From the IMG/VR virus record IMGVR_UViG_3300026105_000003, positions 1 to 36,354 of that record: a DNA stretch of 36,354 nt. The stretch is one strand, 5' to 3'. Every line of letters starts with the position of its first letter. The stretch's first letter is position 1. The notes beneath the pieces were generated by a model. That model made no database searches. It was not told the DNA's origin and saw only the letters and a program-made list of their open reading frames with translations. The DNA is from a virus (Duplodnaviria; Caudoviricetes). Made by a program: the position numbers and the translations under genes. This document shows positions 1 to 9,623 of the stretch, piece by piece.

Positions 1-2223
1 GAAAAAGTTTCTATCCGAATCAGCAAGCTGCAGCGCGTTCATCATGCGCTCGTCGTTTTGCTCTCTCTGCCGCTGGATAGTCTCCGCGTCCCTGTCTTTA
101 GCCTCGACAAACTCTTCTTCCTCAATGCTAGCTTCGATGGCCTTCCCATCTGCATCGCGAAAGACAGTATTAGTCTGAACGTCTACAAACCTAAAACGTC
201 TATTGTCAATCGGCTCTGGGCGCAAGCGGTCTGCCGCATAATTTTCCGGGACGTCCGCAAAAAACTGATTAAGTGTTGCCCGCGAAAGCTCCTGCTCGCG
301 GGGGCCATCGCCCAGCAAGCGTGTAGGAACTTCAAAACCGTTCGACAAACCTGTTATTTCAACGCCGCGAAGCTGCTCTTCGGCGTACTCAACTGCATCA
401 ACCCCCATGGTGGCCTCAGCACCGATTGCAACAGCTTGAAGCCCTCGGAGCGCAGCGCCATATAAAGTGCCGTCCCCGCCAGCGATTGCACGAAGGCTAG
501 CTTGCGCACCGGAGCTTAGATCCGCAGTACTAAACCGCTCAACGCCTTCAGTAGCAAGCCCTTGGGTTGCCATGTTAATAAAGGTAGCGGAATCGCGCGC
601 AGAAGGATCCATCAGGTGCGCAGACATAAGCATGGCACCACCAATCTCGGCGTCCATCTGAGCCAGATTACGCGCTCCAGCAATCATGTTACCCGAACGC
701 TGGTAAGGTGCTATGTAACGAGTAAAAGCTCTACGGGCAGTGTCAGAGTCAGGCGCGTTGCGCATAACATCTACCCAACCTTCGCGCTGTTCTTGCGTCC
801 AGTAAGGTACTGCCTGCACCGGCTGACCAGAATTAGCAGCGGCCCGACGGCGGCTGTTATCCATCATGCCCATGAATATATCGAACTGCCCGTCAGGCGT
901 GTTCATAATTTCGCCAGGGGCAACCTCTGCTACCTCTGGATCACCGAACTTTGTCCAATCTTGCTTAGCTTGTGCATCAGCAAAATAATCACGCCGTTGG
1001 TCAATCATGTTTTGCACACTGCGCCGAGTTTCCTCATCGAGCGACAGAATGCCTTCAGGCGACGTGATGGTTTGCTCAACCAAGCTTAGCTCGCCCGGCG
1101 TAGCCATGTTAACTTCGGATCTAAACTCGTTCTGGAACTGAAGGCTGCGGCGCGTCCTACGAAGCTCTTCGGCAGCCGCCGGATCATACGAATCCGCGAA
1201 AGTAATAGCCCGATCAATCAAAGCCTGCTGGTCGTCAGTGTATTCGTTACCTGCACTAACGGACTCAGAAACGGCGTCTGTCTGATCGCGATAGCGCTGA
1301 AGGCCAGCATCAAGCGCAGAATTGCGCTCGTTGGTAGCAGCGTTTAGATCCCGCTCAATAGAATTTGCAAGCGCTTCACCTTGACGGTTATCGTCAAACA
1401 GCTTACCGGCGCGGAGCTCGTCAATAACTACCTGCGCGCCTGCATAATCCTCGTCCGCGATTGCCTGATTTGCCCGGCCGCGCGAGTAAGCGTACGCATA
1501 CCGCTCGTTGACGCTGCGACGAAGTTTCTCCTGCTGCCTTGGACTAACTGCAGTGACCTCATCAAGCTGCGCAATGCTCTCGTACGCGCTAGCCGTAGCC
1601 TCTTGCAAGTTTTGTTCGTTAGGGCTGTTTAGCAGGTAATCCTCGCCCGCCGACAGTTCCTCCAAGATTGCGTTTTCAGCTTCGAGCGACTGGGATTCCA
1701 GATCATTTTTGAATACGTCCGTGTTGATCTGCTCGGCAACCTCAAACCCAACTTGGTCAATGTAAGTGCCAACGCTCTGAGCAAAAGTAGGATCCGTTTG
1801 TTCTACTGTCTGAACAGTGCTTTCGCGATAAGCCTGCAAACTATTGCTGAACCCATCAGGATCCATCATGTGCTGACGCCGGAGCTCGTTGGTTGTGCGG
1901 AATACGTCAGTCTTTAGCTTTTGCTCATAGATCGCACGGGCTTTTTCCTGAAACGCATTCTGATACGCCTCACCCCATTCGCGCTCGGGTTCGGCAAGCT
2001 GGGCAGTACCAAGCTCGCTCTGCTCACGAATAGCGCGCTCTTCGGCAACCCGTGTACCCTCAGCTACACGCCGCTGCTCAGCCTGTTCTGTAAACGCCTG
2101 CAACGAGCGCTGAATGCCCTCAAAGTTTGTCGCGCCAATCCTTGGAGCAGCTGGGGCACCGCCAGTCTGAAACGATACAATGCCGCCGCGAGGAGGCCGA
2201 ACTTCAAACTCTCGACTTGCCAT
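1..2223 (-). CDS. Large internal virion (DNA ejection) protein, 5' part; continues across the window junction into 36354..35863 (~904 aa in total)
   Basis: ATG at 2223 (MASREFEVRPPRGG...). I read the frame to position 1 without a stop. It is missing from the ORF track because it runs off the edge. Ala/Glu/Gln-rich helical protein located after the gp14-like gene, as in T7-like core protein order. Confidence 0.8.
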   Translation of the reverse strand, partial: MASREFEVRPPRGGIVSFQTGGAPAAPRIGATNFEGIQRSLQAFTEQAEQRRVAEGTRVAEERAIREQSELGTAQLAEPEREWGEAYQNAFQEKARAIYEQKLKTDVFRTTNELRRQHMMDPDGFSNSLQAYRESTVQTVEQTDPTFAQSVGTYIDQVGFEVAEQINTDVFKNDLESQSLEAENAILEELSAGEDYLLNSPNEQNLQEATASAYESIAQLDEVTAVSPRQQEKLRRSVNERYAYAYSRGRANQAIADEDYAGAQVVIDELRAGKLFDDNRQGEALANSIERDLNAATNERNSALDAGLQRYRDQTDAVSESVSAGNEYTDDQQALIDRAITFADSYDPAAAEELRRTRRSLQFQNEFRSEVNMATPGELSLVEQTITSPEGILSLDEETRRSVQNMIDQRRDYFADAQAKQDWTKFGDPEVAEVAPGEIMNTPDGQFDIFMGMMDNSRRRAAANSGQPVQAVPYWTQEQREGWVDVMRNAPDSDTARRAFTRYIAPYQRSGNMIAGARNLAQMDAEIGGAMLMSAHLMDPSARDSATFINMATQGLATEGVERFSTADLSSGAQASLRAIAGGDGTLYGAALRGLQAVAIGAEATMGVDAVEYAEEQLRGVEITGLSNGFEVPTRLLGDGPREQELSRATLNQFFADVPENYAADRLRPEPIDNRRFRFVDVQTNTVFRDADGKAIEASIEEEEFVEAKDRDAETIQRQREQNDERMMNALQLADSDRNFF

Positions 2224-2239
2224 TTACCCTGCCTCTTTA

Positions 2240-2827
2240 TTAAAAGCGCGTGCCCGCACTGCCGCCGGGTCGGCCGGGGTTGCTGCTCGGTGTACGTGTG
2301 GTACTTGAGGGAGTTTGCTCAAACAAGCTTACGTTTTGCGAAGCAATCCTGCCCAAGTCTCCAAACAAACTTGCAGTAGCTTGATCGGTCTGTGCTTGGG
2401 CTACGCGGCCAGCGTCACCCATTGAAAGGCGAGCATCCTCAATAGCTGTGCGCTCACGCTCTCTACTTGCCAAAAGCTGTAAACGAGTTTGCTGGTCAGC
2501 TAAAGCCTGCTCCCGGCTAAACGCCGCTTGTGACCGGGCCTGAGCCAAACGCTGCGTGCGACCACCAATAACACCAGAAGCAGCGGATGCGGCACGCTGC
2601 GAGGCAACGGTTTGACCAAGCTCGCGACGGCGGACGTTTTCCTGCGTTTCCGCCTGCTGCCTAACCTGAAAGCGCTCTAGCGGCCCCGCAAAAGCGGCTC
2701 GCCCTGCTGTCAGGCCAGCACGCTCAATACTGGCGGTCATCTGCTGCTCAGCCGCTTGCGCCTGCTGACGAGCGCCAAATAAACTTACGCCAACCTGTGC
2801 GGCTGCTAGAATAGCTTGCACGGCCAT
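2240..2827 (-). CDS. Internal virion protein (T7 gp14-like small ejection protein)
   Basis: Hydrophobic Gly/Ala N-terminus followed by a Q/A/R-rich helical body; directly follows tail tubular protein B. Confidence 0.65.
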   Translation of the reverse strand: MAVQAILAAAQVGVSLFGARQQAQAAEQQMTASIERAGLTAGRAAFAGPLERFQVRQQAETQENVRRRELGQTVASQRAASAASGVIGGRTQRLAQARSQAAFSREQALADQQTRLQLLASRERERTAIEDARLSMGDAGRVAQAQTDQATASLFGDLGRIASQNVSLFEQTPSSTTRTPSSNPGRPGGSAGTRF

Positions 2828-4875
2828 TATACCTGCACCTCCCGACTTACTGACCGCAGCTTAGCACGGTACAGGCTTGAAGCCTCTATTCTTGTATCAG
2901 GGCGTTCAGCCCACCCTAAAAAACGTCGCTCAAAAGTGCCGTTTCTCTCGGCAAACCCTGTCGTCTCATTGACAGCAAGTGTACCAAACAAAGGCTCGCC
3001 ATTGATTGACAGCTCGTAAGCTTCCTCGACTGACACCAAAACACGCAACAATCTATGCACGCGATTAAGTGTTCCGCCATCGTTTGTGTTACCAATAACA
3101 ACGGGCAGCATGTCTAACTTGGATGAGAAGGTAATGCCAACAGCTATTTCACCGTTGAAGTCGGCGTCACCAATATCCAGCTCGGTCGTAGTCTCAAAAA
3201 AGCCTTTGAACCGCGAGCCGTCCAACACTGCAACGGTCGTATTATGATGAATTGGACTAAGGCTAACGACACCATTTGTCGCAGTGTACGTTTTTGCCAG
3301 ATCCATCAGGTAAAAATCATCAGGGTCAATGTCGAGTACCGTCAGTGCATAGGTGTCATCCGCCGGGCAGCGCACCAGCGCAAAAAAGTCATCCGGCGAC
3401 GTGGCAAACGCCACAATGTCATACCCATCAGCCAGCGTAATCCTGTTCCACGCAATAACGTCCTGCGTCTCAGCAAACGTGCAAGAGCGCACCTCAAGGT
3501 TATCAGTGATAACAAAAATTCGCGGTGCCCGATCATTTTGCGTACCAGGCCGATACACAATGTCCTTGACTCGGTTAACAAGCAAATGCGGCGCCAGCAA
3601 GCTAATGTCATTGCCCACATAGCCAGACCGCGCATCATTAAATGTTACCGCCTGCACCCTAGTGCGCCCGCGGTTAACAAACACAGTGCTTGCGTTTGAA
3701 CTAAACGGCTGCAGCGACGTGCCCCCGTTATTCGATACACGATAAAAGCTAAATGTAGTCGGCGTTAGCGGCGCATCAGAAAGGCTGTCAATAATGTACT
3801 CGGCCTGTTCTGCGCCCAACAGAATCTTTTCGCCCGCTTCTACCCAGCGGAACGCTTCAGCACCCTCGGTTAGCAGCTCGACTTCAATCGGTGAGTCGTC
3901 ATACGTGCTACCAGGGCGAATAGTAAACGGGTCATTGGATTTGCTAGCCCACATGCCAACTGGCTTTTCCCGGCTAGAAAACAGCACCAACCGACCTTTG
4001 TAGAACGTACAAAGCCGCGGCCAGTCAGTATCAAAATAATCAGTTTTTTTACTGATCCGCTCGCCAGCAACGCCTACGCCACTGTAAGTCTCGTTGCTAA
4101 CCAGATTTTCTTGGTCAGTAACACTGCTAACTGTGTACTCTTCACCTTTGAAGAAAAAACTGTCGCCTGCCGAAAGCTGATCCTCAAAAAGCGTATCTGT
4201 TCCAGTCCAATCAGTGCTGTTACTTTCAATATCTACTTGGCCTAGCAGCTCTTCAAAAAAGATTACCTGCTCGAAATTTGCGATGTTGTCAGAATCCACA
4301 AATACGCGGTAAGGCGGAAACAGCGGCGAAGTAACAAACACAGCCGGGCCAACCTGAGCCAAGCAAATGTTACGCGCAAGGTTATCAAGAAACTCGTCCG
4401 GCACATTGCCGTCAAACGAATCCGGCGGCAGCGAAGTGCCCGCGTTGTTCAGTGCAGTAATTAAGTCCGTGGACGCGTTCGAGTAATGAACAATAAACTC
4501 ATCCTCAAACTGCTCAACCAGCGCATTGTTTGCACCAAAGCGATAGCAGGAAATCGTAATCGACTCCCAGCCCTCTGAGCAGATCCGACGGAACAAAAGC
4601 AAAAACGTCGTACCGCGGAACGAAAACGTACGCAGGTGAAACTCACCGCAGTCCACATCGCCAGGCACAATGTCTGGCCGACCCGGAAAGATCACCGGGT
4701 CAGTTTCTCCCAAAGGCTTTAGCGCAGGACGCCGTTCAATCGCACCGGTTACATCAGGAAACCAGTTCTCCACAAGTTTGCTTGCGGAACGGTAAAAATC
4801 TACGTCGAAGCGGTCAAACAGCGATGACTCAACTTCTCCGCGCGTAAACCCAGTGGTATGCGAAAAAACCGTCAT
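2827..4875 (-). CDS. Tail tubular protein B / nozzle (T7 gp12, P22 gp10-like)
   Basis: 682 aa with N-terminal F-T-R-G-E...R-x-D, G-A-I-E-R-R-P and W-P...F-Y-K-G-R-L motifs; follows tubular A. Confidence 0.85.
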   Translation of the reverse strand: MTVFSHTTGFTRGEVESSLFDRFDVDFYRSASKLVENWFPDVTGAIERRPALKPLGETDPVIFPGRPDIVPGDVDCGEFHLRTFSFRGTTFLLLFRRICSEGWESITISCYRFGANNALVEQFEDEFIVHYSNASTDLITALNNAGTSLPPDSFDGNVPDEFLDNLARNICLAQVGPAVFVTSPLFPPYRVFVDSDNIANFEQVIFFEELLGQVDIESNSTDWTGTDTLFEDQLSAGDSFFFKGEEYTVSSVTDQENLVSNETYSGVGVAGERISKKTDYFDTDWPRLCTFYKGRLVLFSSREKPVGMWASKSNDPFTIRPGSTYDDSPIEVELLTEGAEAFRWVEAGEKILLGAEQAEYIIDSLSDAPLTPTTFSFYRVSNNGGTSLQPFSSNASTVFVNRGRTRVQAVTFNDARSGYVGNDISLLAPHLLVNRVKDIVYRPGTQNDRAPRIFVITDNLEVRSCTFAETQDVIAWNRITLADGYDIVAFATSPDDFFALVRCPADDTYALTVLDIDPDDFYLMDLAKTYTATNGVVSLSPIHHNTTVAVLDGSRFKGFFETTTELDIGDADFNGEIAVGITFSSKLDMLPVVIGNTNDGGTLNRVHRLLRVLVSVEEAYELSINGEPLFGTLAVNETTGFAERNGTFERRFLGWAERPDTRIEASSLYRAKLRSVSREVQV

Positions 4876-5456
4876 GCCTGACTCAACGGGTTGGTGTTAC
4901 GTCGCGTATACACGCGCATCATGTTAAACACGTACGGCGGCGTCTGCAGCGAATCAATCGTCCGCGCCGTGCGTCGCTGCTCACCGGCCAGCTGGTACAT
5001 CAGCTGCGCGCGCGTATTGTTTTCAGTAAGGGTGATGGCAACAGCAGCTGCAAAAGCAAACGCCACCATCTGACTAAAATAGGAAGGCCAGCCACCCTCG
5101 TCCACATCCGCAACGTAGACCAGCCTGGCCTCGTCATCGTCTGTGTACAGCTGGTCACCAGCTATCCGGTAGGTGTAAGTGCTACGCAGCCCAAGTACCC
5201 GCAGCTTATCCGTGGGGAGCTGGTAGGCATAATCAAACTTGGTGTTGCGAATTTCCTCATCGGGCAGACTTAGCTTAGGCAGCAGAGTCTCAGTAATCCC
5301 GAACGACCAAGGATGCTCGGCCAAAGCTGATTCGCGAATCGTCTTGTAAATAGAATCCGCTGCAATCGCTTGAGCACTTTGATCTGATAAAGAAGCCAAG
5401 GGGGGAACCCCAAGTCGCACCAGTCCTTCGTTTACTACATCCAGACTGCTACTCAT
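4872..5456 (-). CDS. Tail tubular protein A / adaptor (T7 gp11-like)
   Basis: V-N-x-x-L-x-x-L-G, H-P-W-S-F and Y-A-Y-Q-L-P-x-D motifs; 194 aa; lies after the capsid genes. Confidence 0.85.
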   Translation of the reverse strand: MSSSLDVVNEGLVRLGVPPLASLSDQSAQAIAADSIYKTIRESALAEHPWSFGITETLLPKLSLPDEEIRNTKFDYAYQLPTDKLRVLGLRSTYTYRIAGDQLYTDDDEARLVYVADVDEGGWPSYFSQMVAFAFAAAVAITLTENNTRAQLMYQLAGEQRRTARTIDSLQTPPYVFNMMRVYTRRNTNPLSQA

Positions 5457-5493
5457 AGGGAACCCCCCCTCAGTTTTGGGTCATATCGACCTA

Positions 5494-5739
5494 TTAGGCC
5501 GGAGTGTCATGCACAGCGGCAACCGTTACAGCACCATCGGTGATGTCGGAAACACTGTAGAACACTACTCCATCTACATCAAACACGAGATCGCCTTCAC
5601 TGAGCTCTTCGGCAGCGTCGTCAAAAAAGCCCGACGCAGTAACCGTGTCGCCGTTGGTGTTGGAGTAGAACCAGAAAGCGTTCCCTCCGTTAGCACCCGT
5701 GTAGGCCATCTGGGCCAGTTCACTCTTTGCAAATGCCAT
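5494..5739 (-). CDS. Small acidic virion protein, probable capsid decoration/cement protein
   Basis: 81 aa, strong RBS (AAGGAGG), immediately downstream of the major capsid gene, beta-rich composition. Confidence 0.55.
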   Translation of the reverse strand: MAFAKSELAQMAYTGANGGNAFWFYSNTNGDTVTASGFFDDAAEELSEGDLVFDVDGVVFYSVSDITDGAVTVAAVHDTPA

Positions 5740-5752
5740 TGGTCAATCCTCC

Positions 5753-6571
5753 TTAGTTCTCGGTGAGCTTAATGACGCCGGGCTCATCAATGATGGTCGC
5801 GCCCATGCTCATGTACGAGTTCACAAGGAAGGCAACCTTCTCAGGCACGTAGTTCACCTCGGTGGTGACGTCCCGAGAAATACCATGACCAACGGACTGC
5901 ATGTGGAAGAAAAAGCCCTTCACACCGTCCGGCAGACCCGTGTGCATGATCCAGCGATAACCCATCCACATGGCCGGCTCACGAGCGTTCATGAGCAGCT
6001 GGGTGGTGGTGAAGTCACTGCTGGTTGCCTCGCTCAGCTGCAGGAGCTCCGCGTGCGTCTCAGGGTTAACAACGCAGTAGCGCATGTTGTCCATCGGGAC
6101 ATCAGCAGCGTTGTGAATCCGGGAGATACCAGCGATAACCGGCAGCGTCAGAGCACCACTAGCACTTCCGTCCAAAGCATTCGGATCGGTCGTGTTCGTG
6201 CTGGCGTCCATTGCGTCAATCAGGATCTGGTCAGTCTGGCGGCCCAGAGCGTTACCCGAGGCACGGGCGTACTCAGAAGCAAGCGACCAGTTGATCTTGG
6301 CCTGATCCAGCTCATCAATGTACTCCGGAGCATAGAAGTCCTCCATGTCCGCAGACACTCGGGTATGCTCAAGATTCATCGGCGTCACATCAGAATGACG
6401 CGCCTTGCTGGTGGCACTACCCTTACCGAGAACCGGAAAGTAGATGCGCTCAGCGTTAACCTGGGAACGATTCCGAACGGCCCCGCGCAGCAGCGAACCT
6501 TCACGCTGATAAACCTGCTTGACCTCGGCCTCGTACTGTTCGATAAACGAAGTAGGTACAGTCGTAGACAT
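5753..6571 (-). CDS. Major capsid protein
   Basis: 272 aa; F-I-x-Q-Y...Y-Q-x-x-G-S-x-L-R and A-L-G-R-x-x-D motifs of BPP-1-type capsid proteins; downstream of the scaffold with its own promoter and a GAGG RBS. Confidence 0.88.
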   Translation of the reverse strand: MSTTVPTSFIEQYEAEVKQVYQREGSLLRGAVRNRSQVNAERIYFPVLGKGSATSKARHSDVTPMNLEHTRVSADMEDFYAPEYIDELDQAKINWSLASEYARASGNALGRQTDQILIDAMDASTNTTDPNALDGSASGALTLPVIAGISRIHNAADVPMDNMRYCVVNPETHAELLQLSEATSSDFTTTQLLMNAREPAMWMGYRWIMHTGLPDGVKGFFFHMQSVGHGISRDVTTEVNYVPEKVAFLVNSYMSMGATIIDEPGVIKLTEN

Positions 6572-6618
6572 TTTGGTTTCCTCACACAGTTAGTAAATAC
6601 ATCTTCTTTACTGCCTGC

Positions 6619-6698
6619 ACTGGGTGAGCCATTTCGGGGCCAGTCTCGGCAAGTCTACTAGCAATCGGGGCCGCTACGCGGGTAAGCCAATTAACTAG
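6619..6698 (-). promoter_or_regulatory. Structured 5' leader of capsid mRNA: two hairpins with the same CUYAC/CC internal loop
   Basis: Hairpin 1 (6698-6658): CUAGU-U-AAUUGG-CUUAC-CCGC-GUA-GCGG-CC-CCGAUU-GCUAG. Hairpin 2 (6644-6619): ACUGG-CC-CC-GAAAU-GG-CUCAC-CCAGU. Confidence 0.6.
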
Positions 6699-6708
6699 AT
6701 CAGGGCCG

Positions 6709-6737
6709 AGCGTAAAACACGACCCCGCGTTTGTCAA
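6709..6737 (-). promoter_or_regulatory. Sigma70-type promoter for the capsid gene
   Basis: TTGACA (6737-6732), 17 bp spacer, TACGCT (6714-6709), just after the scaffold stop codon. Confidence 0.7.
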
Positions 6738-6742
6738 TTTAA

Positions 6743-7516
6743 TCAGTCGTATGCACGCTCAAACTGCTGTCGTACATACTCCCGATAATCTTCATCACCA
6801 TTCCAATATCGCTGGTCATTCATCATTTCCATCAGCTGGGTTTTATCCGGCCGTGGCTGACTAGACTCGCCAACTGCACGATGACTCTTAGCACCCTGCT
6901 CCATAAGCTGCGTCATGGTGGCAACGCCATTGGCCGTGCGTGAAAGCTCAGTCACTACCGATTCCGGCAGATTCTGATTGGCCCATGACTTCACCTGCGC
7001 AAGCTGCTGAGTGAACTCGTTACTGTTGGCATCCATGTTCCATTCAAGCGACAAACGCTGCTTTTCAATATCCGCTTTGGCCTCCATCAAACCAGGCACT
7101 ACGGACTCGTAAAAGTAATTTGTCAGTTTGGCGGCCTGCTCGTTATTCAGGCCCACGTCCTTGAACACTTCAACATCAGATTCCGTAAGCTCTACATCCG
7201 AGCCATCTTCGAGCTTTACCTCATACTGCTCGGGCGGCTCAGTTTTCTCACGGATCTTAGTGCCCATTTCGTTATAGGCTTTTACAAGCTCCTCGGGCGT
7301 TTTGAATTTCTCCGGTAGCCACTCGGGTCGCGCGTCCGGGTTCTCTGGCGTATCAACGTATTCCTGTTCCTGAGCAGGCTGCTCAGCCGGGGCCGGGGCC
7401 GCTTCCACACCATCAAAGATTGTCTCCTGACCGCCCTGAGTTTCCGTGGTTTCCGGTGTCTCCTGGGTCGAATCGGGGGCCACCTGTTCTGTGGCTTGTG
7501 CCTCTTCGTCCATCAT
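6743..7516 (-). CDS. Capsid assembly scaffolding protein (T7 gp9-like)
   Basis: Acidic disordered N-terminus, then RPEWLPEKFKTPEELVKAY motif; lies between portal and capsid. Confidence 0.85.
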   Translation of the reverse strand: MMDEEAQATEQVAPDSTQETPETTETQGGQETIFDGVEAAPAPAEQPAQEQEYVDTPENPDARPEWLPEKFKTPEELVKAYNEMGTKIREKTEPPEQYEVKLEDGSDVELTESDVEVFKDVGLNNEQAAKLTNYFYESVVPGLMEAKADIEKQRLSLEWNMDANSNEFTQQLAQVKSWANQNLPESVVTELSRTANGVATMTQLMEQGAKSHRAVGESSQPRPDKTQLMEMMNDQRYWNGDEDYREYVRQQFERAYD

Positions 7517-7776
7517 ACTTCTCCTGCTAGTTTAAGTAGTTGCAAAGCCAACGAGCGCTGCCCTTCATTAAAGGCAACCTCCTCAGCGGATGCTCCGGGG
7601 CGGTAGCTGACACTGTTAGCACGTGACTGCAAAAACCTCAGCAGTACGTCCTGTTTCTCGCCAGCAATCCCGCGTTTTGCGGCTGTACCAAGAGCACGCA
7701 AATGCTCCTGATGCTTTTCACTTTGTGCGTCGCGCTTCTCTTCACGATCCTTGGGATCAAATTCACTCCACCCCAC
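7513..7776 (-). CDS. Bbp19-like small head-module protein
   Basis: C-terminal A-F-N-E-G-Q-R-S-L-A-L motif. Probable GTG start at 7776 after GGAGG, rather than 7836 as in the track. Confidence 0.65.
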   Translation of the reverse strand: MGWSEFDPKDREEKRDAQSEKHQEHLRALGTAAKRGIAGEKQDVLLRFLQSRANSVSYRPGASAEEVAFNEGQRSLALQLLKLAGEV

Positions 7777-9307
7777 CGACAACTCCTCCGCCCTGCTGCT
7801 GCTCAGTAGTAGCCTGGGCTTGCGATGCTTGCTCAATTACATCCTGAATTTCCTGCTGGCTACGCAGCACCTCTGGCGGGATATGCTTGATCTCAGCAAT
7901 CTTGCTAAGCGCCTTGTGCACATCAATAATCAGGCCAGCCTTCGGATCAACCTCACCGAAGGTAACGGCAGTCTGCGTGTACTCAAGCAGGTTCTGCTCA
8001 TCAATAGCCCACTGGGCCTGGGCAAGCTGGCTGACGAATTCAAGATCCATCGCGCCACCTTCAACATCCAGATCCGGCGGAACCATTTCCATTTCGGCCA
8101 TAAAGCCGTACACGGCCCGGACAATCGGGAGCAGCATTTCATACTGCATCCTGCTGATCGTCGCGCCCATGTCCTGCGCAATAATGCGCGTGCGCGCCTG
8201 CACTTCTGTAGCCGTCATTGGCGTTGTGTCCGTCGGCCCATAGTTATCAGCCATAAACACATTCAGAATCGAAGCCCGCAGATCCTCCATGGTAAACATT
8301 GAGACGTTGAAATCACCGGAACTTGGTAGCTCAGCGATTGTCGGGTTCGTCCGGTCATTCGAGCCAACAGGCATAAAAGTGCCCGGCTCAAACGTCAGAG
8401 TGTACGGATTGACCACACCATCATCGACAACGGTGTAAATACCTGCCACTGCCTTCGCAGCGTTCTTGAGCTGTAGCTCTTTGACCTTGTTCAGCGCCCG
8501 TACATCAGAAAGCGCACGCAAACCTGGGCCACGGCCATAAACCGAGCCAGGAATCTTCGCCCAACGCGAAGCAAAAAAATACGGGTACATCCGCGTCTCA
8601 TCTTCCAGCACTGTGCCTGAGCCTTTGTGCACTACCATGTAGCGCCACATGCCCGTAGCCGTCTGGTCGTTGATTGCGATAATGTCCTGATCCTGGCGCT
8701 CCGTGCCCTGCTTAGCACTTTCACGCAGCTCTTTAGGCACCTTGTTACCGTAGCTGTCCTCCAGCTGCCGGGCGTTTAGCTTGTACTTACGCGCAATGGT
8801 GACAATCTTGCCCGTGTCATCCTCGGAAATAGCTAGCTCACCAAGCGGAATGCACTTAAAGCGCAGCGTCTGGTTGTCCGCGTCAGGGAACATCGCAATG
8901 CCATTCGTCCCGCCCACAATGCGGTCGAGGATCGTTGGCTGCATTTCCTGATAAAAGTTTGAGCGCGAAAGCATCGAGAACATCAGGTTCTCAATCTGCT
9001 GCAGGGCAGGGCGCAGCTGCTCGCGCTCGTCAAGCTCGGTCACATTAACGCCCGGTGCGACGCGGAACCACTTCTGCCACGGCGGGACAAGGCCCGAGAT
9101 AATCAGGTTGGTCAGGCGCTCCGCAGCGTCAATCGCTGTCGAGTCAAACACCTCATCCTGAATCTCACTGGGCGTCCGGCGCTTGTTGGTATAGATCAGC
9201 GCCCGCTCAGGGGCAATGTACTTGTACGCTGTTTCCCACAGAGCTTCATACTCAGCCCGATAGTCAAACAGCTGCTGTACGCGCGAGATCGCTTCGCGAG
9301 CATCCAT
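7763..9307 (-). CDS. Portal protein (head-tail connector, T7 gp8-like)
   Basis: 514 aa with F-D-S-T-A, P-P-x-x-x-W-F, S-N-F-Y, Y-G-R-G-P and M-T-A-T-E-V motifs. Confidence 0.95.
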   Translation of the reverse strand: MDAREAISRVQQLFDYRAEYEALWETAYKYIAPERALIYTNKRRTPSEIQDEVFDSTAIDAAERLTNLIISGLVPPWQKWFRVAPGVNVTELDEREQLRPALQQIENLMFSMLSRSNFYQEMQPTILDRIVGGTNGIAMFPDADNQTLRFKCIPLGELAISEDDTGKIVTIARKYKLNARQLEDSYGNKVPKELRESAKQGTERQDQDIIAINDQTATGMWRYMVVHKGSGTVLEDETRMYPYFFASRWAKIPGSVYGRGPGLRALSDVRALNKVKELQLKNAAKAVAGIYTVVDDGVVNPYTLTFEPGTFMPVGSNDRTNPTIAELPSSGDFNVSMFTMEDLRASILNVFMADNYGPTDTTPMTATEVQARTRIIAQDMGATISRMQYEMLLPIVRAVYGFMAEMEMVPPDLDVEGGAMDLEFVSQLAQAQWAIDEQNLLEYTQTAVTFGEVDPKAGLIIDVHKALSKIAEIKHIPPEVLRSQQEIQDVIEQASQAQATTEQQQGGGVVGGVE

Positions 9308-9310
9308 AAT

Positions 9311-9619
9311 TTACCCCAGGGTTGACCGGCCTTGGCTCTGACTCTGGCCAAGCACACTAAACAGCGACGGGCTAGGCTCAATCGCGCTTCTAAGCTGACG
9401 CCGACGGCGCTGCTCAGTTTCCTGCTGTTCTTCCTGCTGCTGTTCTTGCTCCTGCTGAACAATCTGCTCAGAGCGCTGCTGCTGCTCTTCAATGCGCTGC
9501 TCAGCCTGCTCTTGGGCTCGTTTTTGTGCACGCTCTGCGCTTTTTGCAGCATCCCTCTGCTGCTTAGCACTAAACAGAGCTGTGCCTCCAACAATCGTCG
9601 CTGTTACTGGATCAGCCAT
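9311..9619 (-). CDS. Small virion-associated protein (positional analogue of T7 gp6.7/7.3)
   Basis: MADPVT... hydrophobic N-terminus, Q/E-rich coiled coil, C-terminal ...TLG; immediately upstream of portal. Confidence 0.55.
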   Translation of the reverse strand: MADPVTATIVGGTALFSAKQQRDAAKSAERAQKRAQEQAEQRIEEQQQRSEQIVQQEQEQQQEEQQETEQRRRRQLRSAIEPSPSLFSVLGQSQSQGRSTLG

Positions 9620-9623
9620 AATT

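Noticed and set aside
58-2379. Plus-strand ORFs (58..465, 562..1089, 1381..1632, 1921..2379)
   Set aside because: Antisense shadows of the minus-strand internal virion gene; no RBS or plausible composition.
5457-5493. Terminator or frameshift signal after the capsid/decoration genes
   Set aside because: Only a weak 4-bp stem with no U-tract; the G7 run on the minus strand is most simply the RBS of tubular protein A.
5885-6661. 258-aa plus-strand ORF over the capsid gene, and similar long antisense ORFs over terL, pol and primase
   Set aside because: Expected by-product of biased codon usage in the real genes; no motifs.
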